Shown here: positions 34,908 through 46,000 of the stretch, piece after piece
How the letters are laid out: every line of letters starts with the position of its first letter
How positions within the stretch are numbered: the first letter of the stretch is position 1
NCBI GenBank assembly: GCA_009602735.1
Contig: WELA01002296.1
Coordinates: 205,972-269,971 of the forward strand
Reading direction: 5' to 3'
Length of the DNA stretch: 64,000 nt
Source: Mesotaenium endlicherianum
Lineage: Eukaryota
The notes under the pieces: model-generated
What the model was told of the DNA's origin: nothing
The model's database searches: none
The model's input: only the letters and a program-made list of their open reading frames with translations
Made by a program: the position numbers and the translations under genes

Positions 34908-37900
34908 ATGCTTCAAGCTTGCTCAGCTTCAGTGAGGGCAGGAGCTGTGGGGCTGCATTTTCTAGGAGCAGCTATACACACGCGAATAACACAAACCTCT
35001 GCATTATCACCTGTTAGTCTGACTCTGGGGAAAAGAGCTGGTCTCGGGTTAAGGCCAGGTTCTCAATGTGACACAAACAATCTTAGATCAAAATCGCGTG
35101 TCTTGAAGAAAGTGGGAAGGAACACGTTCAGCTCGCCAATAGTTGCTGCCATGTCCACTTTAGAATCCGCAGCTCAAGTTGGGACAAATGTGCAGCTCTC
35201 AGAGGCCCCGCGGCTGATGATTGTGTCTGACCTTGACTTCACCATGGTGAGTAGAGTGACATTCAGGAAGTGCTATCATGTTCTTCACCATCATGAGACA
35301 AGAAATGCGAGGGTAACGAATAGGGTCCAAAAAGACAATGGTGGCTGTCAAGCTGCACTATACTGACGGAGATTACAATGAGAAAAATGAACATCCTTGT
35401 GTTGCTATTTCTTCTTCATCGTACAACGTACATGGATATTTTGGGCTGTTTTTCAAGGCTCTTGTTTCTTCGCAGAAAAAACACAGAAGTTTCTTCATAT
35501 TTTTTTGGAGGGTCATGTATTGATGGCTACTGATCTGCAACATGTGATATGTCTCGCAGATTGATCATCATGACCATGATCACGCTTCGCTTTTCCGTTT
35601 CACATCTTTGTGGGGAGCCGAGTATGCGACAAACTCACTGCTCGTGTACTCTACCGGAAGATCCCCTCAGAAGTTTCTGCAGGTCATGAAGGAGGTGCCC
35701 CTCTACACCCCAGGTAAGAAAAGGATAATTATCAGTGCTTTCCTGCATAGTAGGCACTTACAAAGAGGACAGAGAGGACAAAGAAAACACTGCCAAGTCC
35801 AGCATTGTCAGGAATTTGAAGGTCTCTCTTCTGACATGGCAGCTGTTTCTCTGGCCACCCTCGTGCCATGCAGATATCGTCATCATGTCCGTCGGCACTG
35901 AGATTATGTACGGCCAGACGATGACGCCCGATGACGGATGGGAGCACTTTTTGAACGACGGGTGGAACCGTGACGTGGTGGTAGAGGAGGCCAAGAAGTT
36001 TCCCGCACTTTATTTCCAGGCAACCCCTCGCCTGCCCCTGCACACCTCACGGCTATATGAGGAGTTCAAATCTGCTGCTGCGAACTTTGAATGGGGTTGA
36101 CTCTTATATCATGATGCTTATAATGCCATCGGAGTGGGTCCCTTTCTAGTACCCTCACTCTCCAGTTCCAAGCCCTTAGTACCAAGCCCTTGCAAGCAGT
36201 CTCATTTATTTCTTGGTGATTGTTGAGCATTGAGGCGTGAGCGAGTAAGACTTGCTCCACAGGGGCCAGGAATGTACATCCGAAGCCTGCCAGCGCAACA
36301 TGACTCCAAATTCCAACTTCATTATTTAATTAATTATTTATTATTTTTCATCGAGAAAAAAATGAAAAAGAGACTGCCGTCTCGGTTGTGAAGCTTCTTC
36401 CTGCGGCCTCTTCCTGATGCTTACCAGCTTTCAGCCGGTTCAAAAACTCCGATGGCGTTGCATCTCTGAAGCATTTAGTACCTAGTGAACATGACGCTAC
36501 CGTCAACTGACATCTGTCCGACTGCAAGCAGGAAGAGAGCGAGCAGAGGCCCCACAAGATCAGCTTCTTCATCGACAAGGACAAGGCGCAGGAAGCCATT
36601 GACGGGCTCTCGCACCGCCTGCGCGAGCGAGGGGTGAGCGCCGCCACCTGCACCACCTGCAACACCTGTCCCTTCAAACAACATTAAGTTCGACAACAAC
36701 TTCGGCTTGCTTATCTCAGTGTTGCGCGCGCCCTATATGCTCTGCGCCCTGCTTCTTCTGCGCATGCCCCGTTGTGTGTGTTTGCACCCCACTATGTTAT
36801 GGTGCGTGCACCGTTCATTTCTCTCCCTATAAGAAATTCGAAAAAAGAGAAGAGCAAAAAGGAAGAGTAAGGGACTAGGAGCACACATTCCCCACATCCC
36901 CCCCCCCCCCGGCCCCCAGAAGAGCATGGGCTACCTTCTAGTTGGAGGCATTCAGTCGCGCAGCATCTCTGGGAACGTTCTTCAACTGAGCTCAACTGAG
37001 AGCTGACCATAGGTCAAGTCCTTCATCCCTCATTGACTCTCAATCCTGGAACGTGGTTCACTTCCTCTTCAAATCCGGGCTCCTGCGTCTGGGGCCTGCT
37101 TCCCCTGCCTCTTCGGATTTCGCCTCACAGCTCACGACCATTTTTTTGACTGGAAGCTGATTTGAAACCCTGGCTGCTGTTTCTGATCTCCACCCCCTCA
37201 AAAACAACTTCTCGGAGCCCGGCGGCTTCTCTCGCCTCTTCTCTCTGCTGATGTGATGAGAGGGAGAGTACAGGGCTTTACCCTTATGCCTCTACCCTGC
37301 TTGGCCCTCTGAGTCCCGGCTCCCGGCTCCTCAGCTTCAACCTTCTGTGGAACCTAGGGCTTGTTTTTCCCTTGTCTCTTCTGATCCCGGCCCACAGCTC
37401 AAGTACGACACACCGGCTGATTCCTAGGCCTGTTTTCCCGACGCCATCTGTCCTTGCCCCTTCTCTATAGTACAACATTGGCTGATTTGTAGGCCTGCTT
37501 TCCTGGCACCATCTGTCCTTGCCCCCTCTGTATCCGCACTCCCAGCCCAAGCTCAACGGCACGAGGGGCCGAGTCCTGGGCAGCATGTTCACCCTCTGTG
37601 TGGCCCTTCTCGCCTCCCCTGGTCCCGGCCCGCAGCTCCTCGAGTCCAACATCGTCCTTTGCCCCAACGATTTTCCTGCCTCCTGCCTCACTCCGCTTCT
37701 GCCTCCCAGCTCTAGTCTAACGCTGCGCGGCGCGGCGGAGAATCCTGGGCTTGTTTTGTCCCCACTCCGGCATTTCCTCGCCTGCTTCTCACGCCTCTTC
37801 TGGGTCTTCCTGCTCTGGCAACGCAGCTCCAGTTCAGCATCATCTACAGTCCTGGGCTTGTCTGTCGTCTAACGCCTGCTCGTCTCGCCTCTCCTGACCC

Positions 37901-40900
37901 ACCCTGGCACTGTGCAGCTCAAGTTCAACATCATCTACAGCGGAGGGTCGGCCGTGGACGTGCTCTCGCACAGGGCCGGGAAGGGCAAGGCGCTGGAGTA
38001 CCTGCTGCAGAAGCTGGGCGAGGAGGGGAAGCGGCCCCTGCACACGCTCGCGTGCGGCGACTCCGGCAACGACATCGAGCTCTTCACCGTCGACGGCGCC
38101 AACGGCGTCATTGTGAGTGGCTGCTCTTCTCTGCGCAAGCGCGTGCCCCGGTCCGCCCCTCTTCCCTGCTCCTGCTGGACTGTTGGCGTCCTTTTCCTGT
38201 CCAATCTCTCGTATGCGGGAACACGGGTGATGGCGTCTCCGTGAGTTGCTGCTTTCGCCTCTCTTCCCACTCTAACTGTCGGTGTCCTTTTCCCTCTCCG
38301 CTTGCGACGGGCTGTTTCCGCCTGTCTGGCTCCTGCTAAATCAGGGGTTCTCTTTCCCCCTCCCCTTCCCAGCTGGGTTGTGAGTTTTGTTTCCCTCAGC
38401 CAGCCCATCTCCGTCGCGCATTCACATCCCCGCCTATACACAAGCCAGAGCTTTTCTTTACCCGCCAAGTCTTTGGCCACTTCTGATGCGTCCTCCTGCC
38501 ACATATGAAGGAATTTAGACCTGGTGGCAAGCACCGCCTTCGAAGAAGCTCGAACACCCACAAGCATGCTGCAGAAGCTCTGGCCACGAAACCTCCGCAG
38601 ACCCCAAATCCAAACCCGGAACCCTCAACCCGCGCCCCGATGCTCGATATCCAGAACCCGAAAAGCTTGAACCCGGAATCCTGAAGCACTAGCACTAGCT
38701 CCGCCAGCTCCGATAGGGAAGCCGGCGCTGACCACTCTCTCACGAGTCACACCTGCCCCTCAGCTTCTCTCTGCACTACGCCAGCGCACCCGCCGGCTCT
38801 GAGAGAACCAAAAGCAAGAGCCCAGAAGCTCCATGAGTTTGAAACTCTGGGCGCTAGCTCTGGCCCTTGCTAGATCTGCAGGCCTGCCCACAGCTCCCCA
38901 CACGCGCACACATACGCACACACGCACAAACACACACGCATGCACGCACGCACAAGCACACATGCACACAGACACACGCACACACGAGCACACACGCCAC
39001 ATGCACACACGCGCACACACGCACGCACGCACACCCGCAAGCCCGCCAACGCCAACTGCTCCAACCAGCCTATCTCCGCCCGTACACCTCCAGCTCCCTG
39101 CTTCCCTAACCACCCACTGCCGACAGAGACCAACTGCGCCAATCATTCTATCTATCATTTCTGCTCCATGCTTCTCCAGCCCCTGGAGCGTCCCTACCTC
39201 CCTACATGCCCACGTACTGCCAACAGCCAACCGGTCCCACCAATCCACCCAACCTGCAGGGTAACGCCCCGGGAACACTCTCCCAGGGACACCAAGACAC
39301 TGGGGATGCCTTGGGGACACCGACACCCTGGGGACACCAACCCCCGCCTGCCTGCGTGCCCTGCCTTCCTGCCTACCTGCGCGCCCGCGTGCAGGTGGGC
39401 AATGCTATGGAGGAGCTGGTGAGCTGGCACGCCAGCCGCGACGCGGGCAGCACCGCCCACATCTTCCGCGCCACCGAGCGCTGCGCCTCCGGCATCCTGC
39501 AGGCCATGCGCCACTTCCGCTTCCTCGCCTCGCCCTCGCCACGCGACGACGTCCGCGCCTTCCTGGCCGGAGACGCGCCTGCGCCAGCAGGGGAGGCTGG
39601 GGACGCGCCATCAGGGGAGGCTGGGGCCCGGGAGACGGCACAGGGAGCGCAGCAGGGAGCGCCGGGGGGGCAGGGGGGGCGGGGGGGTTTGGCGGCGGCG
39701 GTGGCGGCGGCGGACGTGCAGAGGGAGGTGGTGCGCGTGTTTCTGGGCATCGAGAAGTGGCTGCTGGGCGACGTGGAGAACAGCGACGAGACGCTGGCGC
39801 TGCTCTTCGAGAACGTCTTTGTAAGCTCCTGCGCTGCGCCGCTGCACGCTGCTGCGCGCTCACTAGCCGCGCGCTCACTCGCAGCGTGCTGCTGCAAGCT
39901 TGCAGCAGCGGGCAGCAGGAGAGGGACAGCTGGCAGGGGGGCGGCAGGGGAAGCTTAGTGTGGGATGCTGGGACTGGTGGAACGGTGGGGTCGGGTAAGA
40001 GTGAATAGCATCGCCCGGTTGAGCCTGAGGTCAGCTTCTTGGTTTTTTTTCCCCCCCTTTTTATTTTCTGGGAGGGGGCACCTCTCAGCTAGATGACCTA
40101 TACCCTAAGCCGGTACCCTGAACCAGAAACCTGATTCTGAACCTAGAACCCTGGCTTCCCCCTGGCCTAGCCTATGGCAAGTAGCCTGCCCGTTGTGCCG
40201 ATGGCGTGCTGTTGCTCCGCCACATACGTGCACACTAAAGATTAACCAACGCTGAGCATACATCAGGATGTGTCCTTGCAAAAGCTGGAGCTCTCGCATC
40301 GATGTCTGTCACTCGCGCACCCAAGGCTGCTTGGTGCTGGTAAGGCAAAGCTGGGTGTCCATGCGCCAGAAGGGCAAGGAAGCCACCGTCACCCGCAGAC
40401 AATGTCAGCTGCGTCAAGTCCTCAAAGGCCTTGCTCCTCTCTCCCCCTTCCCCTCACCCTTCTCCGCACGTGTCTTCTCACCCTTCCCTCCCCCTTTCTT
40501 CACCTTACTCATGATTCCGCGCAGGCTGACGACATAGCGCTGGTGAAAGCATCAGGCGTGCAGCAGTCAAAGGCGGTAGCCGGGCCGCACTTCCGGGCTC
40601 AGCATGGCAAGGCCAGGGGCAGCAACCTCAGAGTGTGGGTGGACCGCCTGAGAGTGCGCCAGCTGGCTGCCGACGCGTGGCTCGCCTCCTTCTTCGCCAC
40701 CTTTGCGTTCCCCGGTGAGTACTGGCTTACTCTCTTCTTCCACAAAAAAAATAATTATTTCATGTTGTGTGTGAAAGCTAGCTTCGTGTCAGGGCTCGTT
40801 CTCGGGCTCGTTGTCTGACTATGTGCAAGAGCAATATGATCTTGCTCGTGAGCTACTCTGAGAAAGTACATGAATTTGGAACCAATTTGCACACGCCCTC

Positions 40901-41687
40901 TCTGTGTCATCCACGCGCCCTCGCTGTCGTCCACGCGCCCTCTTCTATCTATCATGTGTGTGCATATCGGCTGTCCTAGTGTGGATGCATCATCGGAGAC
41001 AGGGCAATCTTTGTGTCCTTCTCGGCCTGTACCCTCTTGCAGCACTCCGGTCAACAGTCAGGTCAACCGTCAGGTCAACAGTCAGATCAGCAGTCAGGTC
41101 AGGGCCTTTTGGCATAGCATGAGAATCTCGTGTGATACGAAAAGGCTTCCTTTATTAGCTGCTTGTGGGGAAACGGTGAACTGTCGACGTTATTTTGGTG
41201 CGGTCTTCATCTTGTGGGGATTTTTGACAAATAGAGAATGTTCTTGGCTGGGATGTGCGGCTGCAGATCGCCGGGAAGTTGTAATATTTTCTGCGGTTCT
41301 TCAGAAGAAGGTGAACATGCCCTTTTTTTTGTATACAATATCTACACAAGGATTTTTTTCCTTTCTTGTTCTTTGGAGACAGCTACGCTGCTACAAGCAA
41401 GTGAAGCACAAGGTTTGGAGTTGCTGTCGTGATCAGTGCTCGAGTCGAGTGATTGCAAAATTGTATAGCTCAATACTTCTTTCTCTGAAACACGTGGTTT
41501 ATGCGGCATGAGTATCTGGCTGTATCTGACTGAACTCTTGTTCTTGTTTTGTATGCCTCTTATGCATTAACTGTTGTAATCATTATACTTATCTTATATT
41601 TTGACCATGCAGGCGGGGAATCCAAGTGGACTGGAGTGGGTTCATCTCCATGAGTCTTACCTCGAAGGATATGGGCCCCAAGGTTAA
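34908..41687 (+). CDS. SPP: Sucrose-phosphate phosphatase (HAD S6PP domain plus plant C-terminal S6PP_C domain). Exons: 34908-35246, 35560-35713, 35874-36019, 36532-36633, 37918-38112, 39395-39820, 40525-40714, 41267-41310, 41613-41687
   Basis: APRLMIVSDLDFTM/IDHHD, LLVYSTGRSP, PDIVIMSVGTEIMYG, EQRPHKISF, IIYSGG..DVL...AGKGKALEYL, TLACGDSGND, VGNAMEEL, ERCASGILQA, LRVWVDR, LEWVHLHESY. Intron 3 has a GC donor at 36020. Confidence 0.95.
41048..41102. repeat. 12-bp tandem repeat (caggtcaacagt)
   Basis: ggtcaacagtca ggtcaaccgtca ggtcaacagtca gatcagcagtca ggtcag, in SPP intron 7. Confidence 0.9.
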
Positions 41688-43095
41688 CAAGTGATTTTCC
41701 TAGTATCTTGCGTGATAATCTATTCTTCCATTGAGATTTATGCTAGTTCATGATCTGCCTGTAGCCAATAAATTTTCGACTGGACTTAGCAAAGTACGCC
41801 AAGGTCAGGTCTTGCACTCAGGATATACTTTGAGATGGTACAGCTGATTGCTAGTGCCACATAGTTGACGCATGTATCCAAGTAATGAAAGAACGGGGAT
41901 AATATGTACCTACCTCTATGCCTCCAAATCTGCGCCCAATAAGTCCAAAAGGTTCATAGATAACAGCTCTTGATGCAGAAAGTCAGTGCAATTCACAAGT
42001 GATGTCCATATTATGATCAGGCTCTATAATGGCTGCGAAGGACATTTTCAGACGGTGAAGATGGTTCTAGATACATAATAAACTCCCTTCTTATGCCCAC
42101 TTGGTCTCAATTTTATTGAAGGGCTGCAGGCTAGGGCAAGGGCCACGTCATCATCACATTCATGCACGTTACTTTCGAGACTTTCGACCTTAACGTAACG
42201 AGATATACACTTAGCTCGTATTTTTGAAATTAACGGACTTCAATGGCTACTGTAAGATTCCATAGGCCGCACTCTTAGTGTGATTGTTACAACACTTTGC
42301 ATGCCTGCTAGCTGCTGCTGTTTGATCGAAACAGCGGTTGGATCAGTAAGTTAATGAAATATCATGCACTCAGATGATGTTGACCTACCAAGGACTCGTT
42401 AACTTGAAAAACTCGTGAACTTCATGATCAACACAAACAAAACCAGTCCATAGAAACATGTCGCAGTTTTCACATATTTTGTTGACCAATTCAAGACTTT
42501 CAGTGCAAGTCGTAGATTCACATCTCACAAGAGTTCTATCACGAGGAACGAAAGTTAATCTAGCTGCTTGGCTGAACTGCTGAGTTGGCATAGTCTTCTA
42601 TAAGATGTACATGTGTAGAAAGTCAACGTCTGATGTTCTACTTGAAATATACCAGTCAATTATGCGACGTCGATCGTACATGTGACGTATCGTTGAATCG
42701 TTGAATCGTTGTGCTCAAGTCATCGTCATGACGTTTTGGGTGCTCATGTGGGAAACAGCATCGAGGAGTACAACGCTGTCCTTCAAATTACATTAGCACC
42801 AAAGCACTGATAAGTACAGCATCGCAGGCTAACTTTAGCTTAAGCACTCCAAGCTTTGTCAAGACCTGTCGCTTGATTGCTATACTTCGCTTGTTTGGGG
42901 CATGTCTTCCCCGCAACGCTCTCGGAGTCATTCATTCTGATGGCCTCACTTACCAGTCATTCGCTCATAGACTCTTGAAAGTTCGTCGTCATTCAGCTCA
43001 TACTGCATCTTTGTGAGCGCAGCTAGCTCTTGAGAAAAGCACAGCAGTGGATGTTGTGGGCATTGCCTTTGCATTCTCAATCTGCTCATTAAAAC

Positions 43096-46000
43096 ATGAG
43101 AATTCTCGTCACTGGTGGAAGCGGCTACTTGGGCCAATTCATAGTAAAGCGACTAAGAGAGCTCAATCACGACGTTACTTTTACGTACAGAACTAGTGCT
43201 CTCTCTGGAGCTGACTTGGTTAAACTTGGGGAGCCAAAGGCGATTCAAATCAACCTAGCAGACAAGAAATCCTTAATCAATCTCGAAGTTGAAACAGTAA
43301 GATCCTCCCTCGCCTCCATTTGATAACGTGCACAAACGATGGCACAGGAAAGAGCTGATTCACTTGGCTCGACACTATTGCATCAAAGACAGATTCTCCT
43401 GCACATATGCATCACCCTTTGAAAATTGAACAGATGGAAAGACTCTGCTTCAACGGGGGCGAGGGAAGGAAGGGAGCGGGGAGTACAAGCCATGAGTGTT
43501 GTGGGTGACATTCGTTCATAGGCCTACTCCTCAGCGTGCAAACAATGTGCGTGCTTTCTGCTGTGTGCATTAGCATAAGACAACAAAACTAAAAATTGAT
43601 TGTACAGGACATGTAGTCTTTCCCTTAATATGGAAAGAGCTTTGACGGGATCGTGCTTTGACGGTATCGTGTGAAGTATCTGGGTATATGCTTCGTAGAT
43701 TGAAGCTGCAGAGGGAACGCTCCTCGCAGGATCCTTTGTGAGCAGACTTGTACTCACTATAGTGTTTAGTGTTGACGAGTATGTGACAAGTCCTGACACG
43801 GACGAAAAGCAGACACACGCGTGTGTACACACACGTGTGTGCACGTGTCTTTACACACTCTGATCCTTGATCCTCCACAGATTCTGTAGCTGTAAGCATA
43901 AAAAGCAGGTAAACATGTGTATGTGATAATTGTAAGTACGCATATGGTGCGTTTTCCGGCTTTTCATGCGAACACTAACATGAACATTTAGTCATGTTCC
44001 TATTACACGACTAATAAATATAATGTAATACATTAGTCGTTCAATATTTAAAGTCTTTTGTCTAAGTGGCACTGGCTGTACTGGCCAGCCAGATGTGGTG
44101 GTCAACTGCGCAGCTATCTCTGTCCCGCGCGAGTGCGAACAGGACCCAGAGGCTGCCTATGCGCTGAACGTGCCACATGCGCTTGTCAGCTGGCTGAAGA
44201 CACTTGGCAGCGAGAGGCAGCCCCTGCTCATCCACCTCTCCACTGATCAAGGTAGAATTTGAGTTTTCTAAATTTGCTATTCTTTCGCTAATTTTCCAAT
44301 TTTGCTATTCTTCTGAATTCCTCTCCTGTACATGAGAACAAATCTCTCGGGGGCTGGTTTATTAAGAAGCACCGAGGGCTTTTGTGGGGTTCATCGACTC
44401 TGACGGTTATATACTGTAAAATCAGAACGTCAACGCTTTAGTACGCTCACCATCGTCTGCTGCCGCCAACTATGCTTCAAAATTATAATTCGTAATACAT
44501 TTTTCATTTGAGTTATCCATATACATTTCCAATGACTCATTCATAATACATACATACGTTTATGTATATGTAAATTTCTTACTGAATTTAGTGAAGCTGG
44601 AAGTCATCAGCGCAAGAATATAAGTCCGTCGGCTTAGTCAGGCCTATCAGAGTTTCACACATGCGTATCTTCAGCTTGCAAACTCACTCATGTTATCTGT
44701 GCCTGTGCGTGTGCCTGCGTGCGTGCGTGCGTGCGTGCGTGTGTGTGTGTATATGTGCGTGTGCGTATGCGTGTGCGTGGTATATTTGCGTGCATGTGCG
44801 TGTGCGTGTGCGTGCTTGTGCGTGTGTGTCTGCGTGCATCTGCGTCTGCGTGCGTGCACATGGTGGGCGAGTGTGTGCATATGTCTCGCCCTGGGGGGCT
44901 TAGTCTACGACGGCCAAATGTCTTTCTGGCGCGAGGGCGATGCCACGGAGCCCGTGAACGCGTACGGACGCACCAAGGTGGCGGCGGAAGCGCTCATCCG
45001 CGACGCGCCCCTCTCGGGCGGCGGCTACGCCATCCTGAGGAGCAGCATCATCGTGGGGCCCGCTGCCCCCGCCGCGCTCGCCAAGACGCTGCCCCTGCAG
45101 GTGTGTTGCTGGCTGCTGACTGCTGCTGTTGCTGCTAGCTGCTGGCTGCTGCTCTTGAGTGCTATATCATGCGTATGTACGTCTGGGGCTGAGGGGAAGC
45201 GTCCTCGCACATTGTGTGTGTTTGCTGTGGATGGGCGCCAGGGGGAGGGGAGGGTAGGGGAGGGAGGGAAAGGAAGGGGGGGCAGGGGTGTCCGGGGTGC
45301 CTTCGCGTGTTCTGAGAGAAAGGAACGCCAGTAACAAACAGATGACCAAAGGGCCTAACGCAAACCTTCCCCGTGAAGAGTCACCCTTCAATTTCCATCC
45401 CTATGCTTAGACCTGATCATCGACCCCACTCTCAAACTGATTGCCCAAGCCCCAAGCCCCCAACCCTCGAACCCCGAACCCCAAAACCCCCCGCCCCAAC
45501 CCCTAACCCCAAAATCTGCACCTCAAACCCTTAACCCCAAACCCCAAACCCTAATCCCCAAACTCAAAACCTCGAACCCCAAAGGCCAACTCCAAAACCG
45601 CAACTCTCATTACTCAACCCTCAGCCCTCAAACTCCTCAGCCCCAGCCTCTCTGATCCACCCCTCTGAACCCCAGGCCCTAAATGGTTTGCCCCTCAAAT
45701 GGCACACCCCTCAAGCAATGCACCTCCTGAACAGTAAGCCTGTCTCGCACTGGCGCACGCGAGCCTCTGGAGTTGGTGGGATGGACGGACGGACAGAATG
45801 GGACAGAAATTACCGAGCACGCGCTGGCCGGCGTGCAGGGTTGGAGGGGAGGGGGGGGGAGGGGAGGAAACGGACACGCTCTATTTCTTCTTCTTCTCTT
45901 TCTTCTCCTTCTTCTCCTTCTCCCACATCTGCAGTGAGGTCTCCGACCTTGAACCCCGGACTGATTCAGAGGGTCAACCAGGTGCCGGCAGAGGGGGCAG

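Noticed and set aside
42385..43080. Possible small minus-strand gene (ELAALTKMQYELNDDELSRVYERMT|gtaagt)
   Set aside because: One good donor but no recognisable homology or convincing multi-exon ORF; needs transcript data.
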